27,113 nucleotides of DNA from Polyangiaceae bacterium LLY-WYZ-15_(1-7) (GCA_031800675.1 DAPKRU010000126.1:1-27113), one strand, 5' to 3'; positions 15,439 to 23,387 are shown, counted from the first letter of the stretch. Translations and numbers: made by a program. The notes: generated by a model not told the origin, from the letters alone.

Positions 15439-15510
15439 TCCACTCGGGAAGAATCGAACTTCCGTTTCCCGCGTATCAGACGGGCGTCTTCACCATTGGA
15501 CGACGAGTGG
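15439..15510 (-). tRNA. tRNA-Ile (anticodon GAT)
   Basis: Acceptor CCACTCG/CGAGTGG 7/7. Anticodon arm CCCGT-CTGATAC-GCGGG. T-arm GGAAG-TTCGATT-CTTCC. Confidence 0.7.
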
Positions 15511-15514
15511 GTGG

Positions 15515-15586
15515 CGCCGCGTACGGGAATCGAACCCGTCTCACTCCGTAGACAGCGGAGCTGGTACGCCAGCTTCATCACGCGGC
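15515..15586 (-). tRNA. tRNA-Asp (anticodon GTC), second divergent copy
   Basis: Acceptor GCCGCGT/ACGCGGC 7/7. Anticodon arm CTCCG-CTGTCTA-CGGAG. T-arm ACGGG-TTCGATT-CCCGT. The D-region is unusual. Confidence 0.6.
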
Positions 15587-15633
15587 AGCGTCGGGCGGGC
15601 GGTGCGAGGCCTTCAGCCCCTCCGCCCACGCGG

Positions 15634-15706
15634 TGGCTCGAGCAGGGATCGAACCTGCACCTTCCGGGCTTCAACCGGACGCGCTCACCAGATGCGCTTT
15701 CGAGCC
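15634..15706 (-). tRNA. tRNA-Phe (anticodon GAA)
   Basis: Acceptor GGCTCGA/TCGAGCC 7/7. D-stem GCGC/GCGC. Anticodon arm TCCGG-TTGAAGC-CCGGA. T-arm GCAGG-TTCGATC-CCTGC. Confidence 0.75.
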
Positions 15707-15733
15707 GTCGCGGCGACCGGAGTCGCCGCCCGG

Positions 15734-15804
15734 CGGGGAGGTGCGGAGTCGAACCGCAACAACCCCGGTTAACGGCCGGGGCGCTCTCCCTGAGCTACCT
15801 CCCC
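15734..15804 (-). tRNA. tRNA-Asn (anticodon GTT), C at position 33
   Basis: Acceptor GGGGAGG/CCTCCCC 7/7. D-stem GCTC/GAGC. Anticodon arm CCCGG-CCGTTAA-CCGGG. T-arm TGCGG-TTCGACT-CCGCA. Confidence 0.6.
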
Positions 15805-15853
15805 ACGCACCGGGCTCCCGGTGCGCGCGCTCGCTCCGCGGAGCGAGCCGTGG

Positions 15854-15926
15854 GGTGACCGGGGGGAATCGAACCCCGACGCCGACTCGGGTCACGGCCG
15901 AGCGGACAGACCTCTGCGCGGTCACC
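15854..15926 (-). tRNA. tRNA-His (anticodon GTG) with encoded G-1 and C73; C at position 33
   Basis: Acceptor GTGACCG/CGGTCAC 7/7, plus an extra 5' G opposite discriminator C (His identity). Anticodon arm CTCGG-CCGTGAC-CCGAG. T-arm CGGGG-TTCGATT-CCCCC. Confidence 0.65.
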
Positions 15927-16082
15927 ACGTCGCAGGCCGCCGAGCCGAGCTCGAAGACCTGCTCTCCGGCGCCCCAGCTCGTCTGCGAGCCGAAGCGCCG
16001 GAGTGACGTGAGGCGGGCGCGACACCGCCCCACGTCCCCCGATTGTCAAAGACCTCCCGCCACCCCCGCTGGGGTGACGCGG

Positions 16083-16154
16083 TACCGGACCAGGGAGTCG
16101 AACCCCGACCTCGTGGTTCAGAGCCACGCGTCCTCGCCGTTGGACCAGTCCGGT
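16083..16154 (-). tRNA. tRNA-Gln (anticodon CTG)
   Basis: Acceptor ACCGGAC/GTCCGGT 7/7. Anticodon arm CGTGG-CTCTGAA-CCACG. T-arm CGGGG-TTCGACT-CCCTG. Confidence 0.75.
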
Positions 16155-16247
16155 GTGTTCTCGAAAGAGCGATGGGAGCCGGGGGCTCCCGGGAGCGGGC
16201 GCAGGGCGCACCTCTCCCGTCGCGTCGCGAGCGGGTCGCGGCGCCGG

Positions 16248-16318
16248 TAGGGCACCAGGGGGTCGAACCCTGATCGACCGGTTAAGAGCCGGCTGCTCTG
16301 CCGTTGAGCTAGTGCCCC
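16248..16318 (-). tRNA. tRNA-Lys (anticodon CTT)
   Basis: Acceptor GGGGCAC/GTGCCCT (G1-U72). D-stem GCTC/GAGC. Anticodon arm GCCGG-CTCTTAA-CCGGT. T-arm CAGGG-TTCGACC-CCCTG. Confidence 0.75.
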
Positions 16319-16409
16319 GTGCCGAGGCCGGGCCTCGGTCTCGTCGTTCGCTCGCGCTCCCCCCACTGGGTCGTCGGAGAACGGGGTCCTCGGAGGGAGC
16401 TCTCGCGGT

Positions 16410-16489
16410 CGGGCAGGAAGGAATCGAACCTCGTGGGCAGAGCCCCGGCGACTTTACAGGCCGCCTGCCGGCCACCGGCGCCTACCCGG
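16410..16489 (-). tRNA. tRNA-Tyr (anticodon GTA), type II
   Basis: Acceptor CGGGTAG/CTGCCCG (one G-U). Anticodon arm GCGGC-CTGTAAA-GTCGC. Long variable arm GGGC-TCT-GCCC. T-arm CGAGG-TTCGATT-CCTTC. Confidence 0.6.
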
Positions 16490-16524
16490 GCGGGGACGGA
16501 AACGAAGACGGGCCACCTGCGCTG

Positions 16525-16552
16525 ACGCAGGCGGCCCGTAAAAGGAGCACGA
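16525..16552 (-). terminator. 12-bp GC hairpin (one A-C mismatch) followed on the minus strand by TCTTCGTTTCC, just upstream of the first array tRNA (Tyr)
   Basis: gggccacctgcg-ctga-cgcaggcggccc read directly. Could be a weak terminator or a processing or insulator structure. Confidence 0.3.
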
Positions 16553-16994
16553 GAGCCTGGCGTCAGTCTGCTGGACACCCTCCACGAAGGGCCGGCGCAC
16601 CGGCCTCCTCGCGCTTCGCCTCTTCCCTCTGTTCCGCGGAGTCGTCCGCAGAATGGGCATCACGTTCGGCGAGAGTGAGCAAACTATGAGTGTTGTGATT
16701 CGATGAAAATAGAGATTGATTCAGCGCGTACGAGTCCCCTCGTCCGGCCCCCCATCGGGGGCTGGGCTGCCTCGAGCTCACCGCGCAGGCCCTCGTTCGA
16801 GGTCGTGCTCGGCCACCGAGGCGCTCGCTCGGGACGCCCGGGATCCGCCCGTCGCGTCTCGAGAGATGACCTCCCGCTGCGTCCATCTCGCTCTCGTTCC
16901 GGCCTCGGCCGGTCGTTCTCCTCTCCTCGTTCGTTCCTCGGGCCGGGGCTCTTCCCCGGCATGCTCTTCGCTTGGGTCGGCGGCCCGGGATCTC

Positions 16995-17050
16995 CAGCCC
17001 AGACTCTCGAGCCCAGACTCTCCAGCCCAGACTCTCCAGCCCAGACACGA
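16995..17050. repeat. Tandem 14-bp repeat (C/G)AGCCCAGACTCTC in 3.5 copies
   Basis: cagcccagactctc, gagcccagactctc, cagcccagactctc, cagcccagacacga read directly. It lies immediately downstream of the minus-strand terminator. Confidence 0.8.
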
Positions 17051-17080
17051 AAAAAGCCGCCGGCGAGGTCGCTGGCGGCT
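17049..17080 (-). terminator. Rho-independent terminator on the minus strand
   Basis: 11-bp stem GCCGCCGGCGA/TCGCTGGCGGC (one G-U) followed on the minus strand by TTTTTTCG (the plus strand shows A6 at 17050-17055). Confidence 0.7.
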
Positions 17081-17121
17081 TCATCCAAACCTACCGGCCA
17101 TGGGCCGGTGTGGTTCCACCG

Positions 17122-17478
17122 CTAGCTGGGGGGACCCTCCTCGAGACGCTCGGCGCTCAGTAGCATGGCGCCGAAATCACTGGCGATCTCGCCAGCCGCC
17201 GGGAGGGAGGCCCCGCCGATATCCTGCTGATTGTCGGTCGACGGACGACGAAAGCCGTCCTTCTTCTCCGCGCGATAGGCGAAGCACGTGGCCGCCGAGG
17301 CAGGAGCAGGCGCACAGGCCGACTCCGACCGTCCGAGCGAGACCGCCGTCCAGGCGCCCGACATGATCGGGCTCCCCGACGGATCCACGACCCGTACCTC
17401 GACCACGCCGCCGCGGGCATTCCGCGGGGCAGCCTGCCAGGAGCAGGTCGGCCGGTGGGTATGGGCTTGCCTCGTCAT
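17122..17478 (-). CDS. Small hypothetical protein (118 aa), apparently leaderless, in a self-contained unit of promoter, ORF and terminator
   Basis: ATG (cat at 17476-17478) lies 9 nt after a TAGCTA -10 box. GC3-rich codons. The stop is 32 nt before the terminator. No recognisable domain. Confidence 0.35.
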   Translation of the reverse strand: MTRQAHTHRPTCSWQAAPRNARGGVVEVRVVDPSGSPIMSGAWTAVSLGRSESACAPAPASAATCFAYRAEKKDGFRRPSTDNQQDIGGASLPAAGEIASDFGAMLLSAERLEEGPPS

Positions 17479-17487
17479 CGTGCTCTC

Positions 17488-17516
17488 TAGCTAACGCACC
17501 CCTCTGGGGGTGTCAA
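17488..17516 (-). promoter_or_regulatory. Sigma70-like promoter on the minus strand: TTGACA-17bp-TAGCTA
   Basis: Read as the reverse complement of 17488-17516 (tgtcaa at 17511-17516, tagcta at 17488-17493), within the only AT-richer patch of this intergenic region. Confidence 0.45.
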
Positions 17517-17587
17517 CGAAAAATCTTTTCCGAAATCAGTTTTTCTTCTCGCGGCTGCCCACGAGCATCAGTGCGTGCTCTTTCGGA

Positions 17588-18889
17588 TCACCCCGGGAAG
17601 CTATCGTGCATGTCTTCGATCGCATCCAGGAACACACGCGCTTTCAGCTCGGTCTCCGCGACCTCGCGCGCCGCCTCCGAGGCCCATACGAGCCCGCCCC
17701 CGGCGAAGTACTCGACCGCCCCGCCGCGCACGACGGCCGTCCGGATCGCCACCGCAAGGTGCGCCCCGCCGCGCCGATCCACGTGCCCCACGCAGCCGCA
17801 GTAGACGCCACGCGGGTGCGGCTCGAGCGCGTCGATGATCTCCAGCGCCCGCCGCTTCGGCGCCCCCGTCACGCTTCCCGGCGGGAAGGTCGCGCGCAGC
17901 ACGGCCCCGAGGTCCGTCCCCGGCCGCGTGCGCGCGCGCACCGTCGTCACGAGGTGATGCAGCTTCGCGTAGGGCTCCACGGTCAGCGGCGCGACCACCT
18001 CCACGCTCCCGATCTCCGCGACCCGGCCGAGGTCGTTGCGCATGAGATCCACGATCATCGCGTGCTCGGCTCGCTCCTTCGTATCCGCCCGGAGCGCCGC
18101 CGCCTCGGCGCCGTCGTCCCCCCGCCGCGCCTTCGTCCCCTTGATCGGCCGCGTCTCGATCCGCCCGACCCCGCGCACGTCCGGCGTCCAGTCGAGGAAG
18201 CGCTCCATGGTCCGCGCGAGCACCTGATGGTCCCCCGCGTCCACGTAGAGCCCATAGGGAACCGGGCTCGCCCGCCGCATCGCCTCCCAGAGCGTCAGCG
18301 CCGAACCCTCGAAGCTCCCCCGCCAGCGCCGCGCCAGGTTCACCTGGTAGATGTCCCCGGCCGCGATGTGCTCCCGCGCCGCCTCGACCGCGCGCGCATG
18401 CGCGTCCGCCGGCGTGACCTCGAGCGCGCCCACGTGCGCCGCCTCCCGCTGCCCGGCCCCCACCAGCCGCTCCCGAAGGCGCGCCGCCGCCGCCGCGTCG
18501 TCCGCGACGATCCGCCCGACCCCGCGCGCGTGGTCCACCTCGAGCACGGCGTCGTAGCGCCCCCACCAGAGCACCGGCCCGCCGTGGCTTCCGCGCGCGT
18601 GCCGTGACGCGCGCCCCGCCCACCAGGCGTCGTAGGCCACGTAGCCCACCCAGCGCGGCGCGTCCGAGTCGTCGCCGCATCCCTCGAGCCGCCCCGCCGC
18701 GCCCAACGGGTCCGCGTCACCGTGCTCCGCCCGCACCACCTCCACCGGCGCGCACGCGAGGTAGCTCCGCCGCCCGGCCCCCGCGCTCCCATCGCCGTCG
18801 AGCCACGCCAGCCCGCCGGCGCCCCGCAGCGCCCGCGCCGCGTCCTCCACCGCCTCCCCCGACCAGCGCCCCGCGTCCTCGACGTGCAC
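17588..18889 (-). CDS. Chorismate-utilising enzyme, aminodeoxychorismate synthase or anthranilate synthase component I (PabB/TrpE family)
   Basis: Conserved chorismate-binding C-terminus (IYQVNLARR, GSVTGAPKRRALEIIDALE, GVYCGCVGHVD, GGGLVWASEAAREVAETELKA) and N-region LAWLDGDGS...RRSYLACAP. The start is uncertain: a GTG at 18887-18889 is proposed because the ORF track start at 19450 overlaps the plus-strand lipoprotein gene. Confidence 0.65.
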   Translation of the reverse strand: MHVEDAGRWSGEAVEDAARALRGAGGLAWLDGDGSAGAGRRSYLACAPVEVVRAEHGDADPLGAAGRLEGCGDDSDAPRWVGYVAYDAWWAGRASRHARGSHGGPVLWWGRYDAVLEVDHARGVGRIVADDAAAAARLRERLVGAGQREAAHVGALEVTPADAHARAVEAAREHIAAGDIYQVNLARRWRGSFEGSALTLWEAMRRASPVPYGLYVDAGDHQVLARTMERFLDWTPDVRGVGRIETRPIKGTKARRGDDGAEAAALRADTKERAEHAMIVDLMRNDLGRVAEIGSVEVVAPLTVEPYAKLHHLVTTVRARTRPGTDLGAVLRATFPPGSVTGAPKRRALEIIDALEPHPRGVYCGCVGHVDRRGGAHLAVAIRTAVVRGGAVEYFAGGGLVWASEAAREVAETELKARVFLDAIEDMHDSFPG

Positions 18890-19019
18890 CGAGCGCGGAT
18901 ACCGGCCCGCCCGCGCCCCGGCAACCCGCCTCGCCGCCGGCCCGCCTCCGCGCTCCCCCTGCCGTCCGGGGGGCGACCCGCTCCTTGCCGCCCCCGCCCC
19001 GCTCTCCCACGCTGCGCCC

Positions 19020-20306
19020 GTGCGCCGGCTCCTGCCGCTCCTCTGTCTCGCCCCCGCGCTCCTCGGCTGCGAGGACGACCCCCCGCGCGCCGCGATCGAC
19101 GTCCGCATCGTCACCACCACCGGCGAGGACCCGCTCGAGGCGCCCGGCGTCGCGCGCTTCACCCTCGCGATGGAGCAGACGGGCCGGGCGCGCACGGAGC
19201 TCGAGGCCGACGCCGACGATCGGAGCGCCGCCATCGAGCTCGGCTCCCTCTCGGCCGACACCCGCCTCCGGGTCCGCCTCGAGAGCGCCGACGGCGCGGT
19301 CCTCCTCCACGGCGCCCCGCCGACCTTCGCGCCCATCTCTGCCGGCGGCCTCGTCCGCGTGCTCGTCGGCCCGCCCGGCGTCTGCGAGGTCGTCCCGGAG
19401 GCCGAGCTCGACCTCCCGCGCACCCTCCCGGCCGGCGCGCGCCTCGACACCTTCGCCCTGTTCCTCGCTGGCGAAGCCTCCGGCGCCCCCTCGTCGGCCG
19501 TGGAGTTCCTCGACCTCCTCCGCTTCTACCCGGGCGAGCTCGAGGACCTGAGCCTCGCCCAGGGCCCGGCTCGCGGCGCCGCCGTCGGGCTCAGCACCAT
19601 GCTCGCCGTCACGGGGGAGGGCGCCGTCCTCTACGACCTCGCCTCCGCCGACGAGCGCGAGACCTCCCTCGCGCTCCACGACGGCGCCGACGCCCAGAGC
19701 GCCACCGTCGCGCTCCCCGGCGGCGGCGCGCTCGTCGCCGGCGGGACCGCGAGCGCCGGCCTCACCTTCGTCGCCGCCGACGGGAGCACCAGCGCCGCCA
19801 CGCTCACCGCGCCCCGGGCCGCGCCGCTCCTCGTCCCCTTCGACGGAGGCCGCGTCCTGGTGGTCGACGCCGCCGAGGGCGCGGAGGTCGTCTCCGCCGC
19901 GGGCGCGCCGAGCCTCGTGGACCTCCCCGCCTTCGCGCCCGCCGCCGCCATCCGCGATGGAGACGCCGTCCTCCTGGTCGGCGAGGGCTCCGACGGCCCG
20001 GCGACCCTGGCCCTCGAGGGCTGCCCCGGCGCCTGCGTCGCGAGCGCCGGTCCCGCCTGGCCCATGGCCCGCGCGGGCGTCGTCTCCGCCGGCCCCTACC
20101 TCGTCGGCGGCGCCCTCGTCGAGCGCGCGACCCACGGCGAGGACGGCTGGCGCATCGAGCCCGCCTGGGAGCTCGCGCGCACCCACCGCGCCCCGCTCGC
20201 GCTCCTCTTCGAGTCTGGCGTGCTGGTCGTCGTCGCCGGCGAAGACGACGGCGGCCCCGTGCCCTTCGTCGAGCTCTGCTTCCCCGAGACCCTCACCGAG
20301 CTCTGA
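19020..20306 (+). CDS. Hypothetical lipoprotein
   Basis: Signal peptide with lipobox MRRLLPLLCLAPALLGC. Long Ala/Gly/Val-rich body of plausible composition. No recognised domain. Confidence 0.55.
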   Translation: MRRLLPLLCLAPALLGCEDDPPRAAIDVRIVTTTGEDPLEAPGVARFTLAMEQTGRARTELEADADDRSAAIELGSLSADTRLRVRLESADGAVLLHGAPPTFAPISAGGLVRVLVGPPGVCEVVPEAELDLPRTLPAGARLDTFALFLAGEASGAPSSAVEFLDLLRFYPGELEDLSLAQGPARGAAVGLSTMLAVTGEGAVLYDLASADERETSLALHDGADAQSATVALPGGGALVAGGTASAGLTFVAADGSTSAATLTAPRAAPLLVPFDGGRVLVVDAAEGAEVVSAAGAPSLVDLPAFAPAAAIRDGDAVLLVGEGSDGPATLALEGCPGACVASAGPAWPMARAGVVSAGPYLVGGALVERATHGEDGWRIEPAWELARTHRAPLALLFESGVLVVVAGEDDGGPVPFVELCFPETLTEL

Positions 20307-20482
20307 GGGCCGCCCGGCGCCCGCCCCCTCGCCGCCGCGTCAGCCCGTGTCGCGCTCGTCGGTGTCCCGCCCTTTGCCCGCCCTTCGCCGGAATTTCACC
20401 TTGCGGACCAATTCGGCCCCGGCGGATAGTCGCGCCGCCCCCTGCTCCGCGAGGGCCGCGCGCGGAGGACGGCGCCCCTGCG

Positions 20483-22288
20483 ATGCTGCGCAAGCTCGAG
20501 AAGTACGAGCTCCTCGAAGAGATCGGCCACGGTGGCATGGCGACCGTGTTCCGCGGCCGTGACGAGCGCCTCGACCGCCTCGTCGCCGTCAAGGTGCTCC
20601 ACCCGCACCTCCAGAAGGCCCCCGAGGCCCGGATCCGCTTCACCCGCGAGGCCCGCAGCGTCGCCAAGCTGAAGCACCCCAACATCCTCGAGGTCTACGA
20701 CTACAGCGGCGAGGACTCGCCCGAGTCCTACATCGCCGCCGAGCTCCTCACGGGCCCGACCCTCAAGCGCTTCGCCGAGGACCACGGCGCGCTCCCCCCG
20801 GAGATCGTCGCCGCCATCGGCATCCAGATCGCCCGCGCCCTCGCCACCGCCCACCAGCACGGCATCGTCCACCGCGACGTCAAGCCCGAGAACGTCCTCT
20901 TCCACGAGGCCCGCACGGTGAAGCTCACGGACTTCGGCATCGCCCAGATGGTCGACGCCCAGTCCTTCACCGCCACCGGCCAGATCCTCGGCTCCCCCGG
21001 CCACATGGCCCCCGAGCAGGTCGAGGGCGGCGACATCGGCGCCTGCTCCGACATCTTCTCCCTCGGCACGGTCCTCTACTTCCTCGCCGTCGGCCGCCTC
21101 CCCTTCACGGGCCGCAACCCGCACCAGGTGCTCAAGCGCATCATGGACGCCGAGTTCGCCGACCCGCTCCGCGTCCAGCCCGCCATCGGCGGCGAGCTCC
21201 GCCGCATCGTCCTCCGCGCCATGGCGCGCGAGCCGGGCGAGCGCCACGCCTCCGCCGAGGAGCTCGAGGCCGATCTCCTCGCCTTCCTCCAGGGCCTCGA
21301 GCTGGACGACCCGGACGCCCTCCTCGAGCGCTACCTCGCCGACCCCGAGGCCGTCGCCGCCGAGCTCCGCGACAACGCCATCGCCGTCCTCACCCGCCGC
21401 GGCCGCGAGGCCATGGAGCGCAAGGACCGCGCCGCCGCCCTCGAGTGCTTCAACCGCGTCCTCGCCCTCGACGAGGGCAACGAGGAGGTCCTCCGGCTCC
21501 TCGACAAGCTCGGCGACGACGGCCAGCGCACCCTCTGGCTCGGCGGCGCCGCCCTCTTCCTCGGCGCCGCCGCCCTCGCCGCCGTGCTCCTCTGGCCCGA
21601 GGACGGCGGCGGCTCCTCCGGCAGCCTCGACGCCGGCGCCCTCGTCACCGACGCCGGGGACGGCGTCCTCGGGGACGCCGGTGCCCTCGACGCCGCCCCG
21701 GCGGCCCCCGACGCAGGCCCCGCCGACGCGGGCGCCGCCGACGCCGGCCCGAGCGACGCCGGCTCCGCCTCGCCCCCGGACGGCGGCCCCCGCCTCCGCA
21801 TCCTCCGCCCGCCCGCCGGCAAGCGCACCGTCGTCTTCCGCCCCCGCCCGGCCAACGTCACCATCGCCGTCGACGACGCCCCCGCGCGCCCCTTCGGCCC
21901 CCCACCCGGCATCCGCTCCGTCGAGCTCGACCCGGGCCCGCACAGCTTCGCCATCGCCAGCCCGAGCGGCTGCTGCGTCGAGCTGGTCATCCGAAACCGG
22001 CGCATCCCCCCGGGCGCCGACCCCTACTTCCTCGACGCCCAGCTCCGCTTCCGCCCGGCGCGCCTCATGGTCCGCGGCCTCGTCGGCGACGTCGAGGTCG
22101 ACGGAGGCCCGGGCGCCGCCGCGCGCGGTCGGACCAACGCCCTGCTCCCCGTCCCCATGGAGGAGCTCCGCGAGCGACGGCGGATCCGAGTGACACGGGA
22201 CGGTCGCGAAGTCTATACAGGGCGAGTGGACCTCAGGGCTGGGGAGGTGACGGACTTGCGCGTCACTCCACCGCGGGACGAGGAATAG
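20483..22288 (+). CDS. Ser/Thr protein kinase with a TPR-like middle region, one TM segment and a PEGA-like C-terminal domain
   Basis: MLRKLEKYELLEEIGHGGMATVFRG, VAVKVL, HRDVKPENVL, DFGIAQ and GSPGHMAPEQ form a canonical Hanks kinase. The TM segment is LWLGGAALFLGAAALAAVLLW. The C-terminus NVTIAVDDAPARPFG...SFAIASPSGCC resembles PEGA. The upstream in-frame ORF extension (18722-20482) was rejected. Confidence 0.85.
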   Translation: MLRKLEKYELLEEIGHGGMATVFRGRDERLDRLVAVKVLHPHLQKAPEARIRFTREARSVAKLKHPNILEVYDYSGEDSPESYIAAELLTGPTLKRFAEDHGALPPEIVAAIGIQIARALATAHQHGIVHRDVKPENVLFHEARTVKLTDFGIAQMVDAQSFTATGQILGSPGHMAPEQVEGGDIGACSDIFSLGTVLYFLAVGRLPFTGRNPHQVLKRIMDAEFADPLRVQPAIGGELRRIVLRAMAREPGERHASAEELEADLLAFLQGLELDDPDALLERYLADPEAVAAELRDNAIAVLTRRGREAMERKDRAAALECFNRVLALDEGNEEVLRLLDKLGDDGQRTLWLGGAALFLGAAALAAVLLWPEDGGGSSGSLDAGALVTDAGDGVLGDAGALDAAPAAPDAGPADAGAADAGPSDAGSASPPDGGPRLRILRPPAGKRTVVFRPRPANVTIAVDDAPARPFGPPPGIRSVELDPGPHSFAIASPSGCCVELVIRNRRIPPGADPYFLDAQLRFRPARLMVRGLVGDVEVDGGPGAAARGRTNALLPVPMEELRERRRIRVTRDGREVYTGRVDLRAGEVTDLRVTPPRDEE

Positions 22289-22316
22289 GCTCTCCGCCCG
22301 CGCGCCCTCTCATCGC

Positions 22317-23237
22317 ATGGCACGCGGCTTCGGCATCACGGCGCTACTCCTGGCGGGGCTCTTCGCAGCCCCCGCGGGCGCGCGCGCGGACGAGCTCGCC
22401 GACTTCGAGGCCGCCCGCGAGGCCTACGACGAGCAGCGCTACGCCGACACCATCGCCCGCCTCGAGGCCATGGTCGGCGGCGAGGTCCCGGCCATCCAGA
22501 ACGAGGTCCTCGTCCTCGAGTCCCGCAAATACCTCGGCGCCGCCTACATCTGGGAGGGCCGCCGCGAGGAGGCCGAGACCCAGTTCCGCCTCCTCCTCCA
22601 GGACGACGAGACCTACCAGGTCGACCCGCTCGCCTTCCCCGCCGCCATCGTCGACGTCTTCCGCGAGGTCCGCCAACGCTACCTCCAGGAGCGCGCCGAC
22701 GCCGAGCGCGAGCGCCGCGAGCGCCTCGAGCGCCTGAATCGCGAACGAATTCAACGCATGTTGCGCCAGCAAGAGCGCATGAGCCGCCTCGAGGAGCTCG
22801 CCACCGAGCAGGTCGTGGAGGAGCGCAACAGCCGCGGCCTGGCCCTCGTCCCCTTCGGCGTCGGCCAATTCCGCAACGGAAACCGGCGCCTCGGCATCAC
22901 GCTCGCCATCGGTGAGGCCGCCCTCGTCGCCGGCAGCCTCGCGTTCTGGGGCTGGCACCGCTGGCTCCGTGGCCAGGTCGACGAGGTGACCCCCGCCGAG
23001 CGCGACCGCTTCGAGCGCCTCGAGCGCTCTGCCCGCATCGGCAACCAGCTCTTCACGGCCCTCTTCGCGACCGTCACCCTCGCCGGCATCCTCGAGGCCC
23101 AGATCAACTACGTCCCCGTGCGCACCGAGACCCGCGAGCGCCCCCTCCCCGACGACCTCCCCGAAGTGGAGCCCCCCGAGCTCGAGCTCGAGGTGGGCGT
23201 CGGCCCCGGCTCCGCCGAGCTCCGGCTCCGCTTCTGA
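22317..23237 (+). CDS. Hypothetical secreted or membrane protein with a TPR-like N-region, a coiled coil and two hydrophobic segments; likely co-transcribed with the kinase
   Basis: N-terminal signal peptide [26 protein letters not shown]-rich coiled coil. Hydrophobic [22 protein letters not shown]. Starts 29 bp after the kinase stop. Confidence 0.55.
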   Translation: MARGFGITALLLAGLFAAPAGARADELADFEAAREAYDEQRYADTIARLEAMVGGEVPAIQNEVLVLESRKYLGAAYIWEGRREEAETQFRLLLQDDETYQVDPLAFPAAIVDVFREVRQRYLQERADAERERRERLERLNRERIQRMLRQQERMSRLEELATEQVVEERNSRGLALVPFGVGQFRNGNRRLGITLAIGEAALVAGSLAFWGWHRWLRGQVDEVTPAERDRFERLERSARIGNQLFTALFATVTLAGILEAQINYVPVRTETRERPLPDDLPEVEPPELELEVGVGPGSAELRLRF

Positions 23238-23343
23238 GCTCCCCGCCCCCTCGCGGCCACCCCCACGCGCCGCCCAACGGGCCGTCATCACACGTGATCC
23301 GCCGCCCCGCCCCGGAAACACCGCAGAAAAGGCCGAAACCGCC

Positions 23344-23371
23344 TTGACAGCCCCGGGCTCGCCGGTATCTT
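23344..23371 (+). promoter_or_regulatory. Candidate sigma70 promoter for the str operon: TTGACA-16bp-TATCTT
   Basis: ttgacagccccgggctcgccggtatctt read directly, about 170 bp upstream of rpsL. Confidence 0.4.
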
Positions 23372-23387
23372 TCGCCTCCCCGAAACG

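Noticed and set aside
5204-16489. Prophage call for the ssb-to-tRNA-array interval
   Set aside because: Only suggestive elements are present (ssb, HNH, a tRNA array). No integrase, terminase, capsid or tail genes, or attachment-site repeats, are recognisable in the window. Kept as a mobile-origin hypothesis only.
16563-17088. Minus-strand ORFs 16563-17084 and 16684-17088 in the array boundary region
   Set aside because: They begin inside the terminator hairpin and have low-complexity Arg/Gly/Ser-rich translations. The region is better explained as structured non-coding DNA.
17510-20186. Plus-strand ORFs 17510-18607 and 18604-19551, and minus-strand ORFs 17601-18680 and 18717-20186
   Set aside because: Alternative frames or antisense of the PabB-family gene and the lipoprotein gene. 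Only the frames with recognisable conserved motifs or signal peptides were kept.
18722-20482. N-terminal 587-aa extension of the second kinase ORF (track start 18722)
   Set aside because: The upstream in-frame segment is Arg/Pro-rich low complexity and overlaps the well-formed lipoprotein gene on the same strand. The conserved kinase N-terminus begins at the ATG at 20483.
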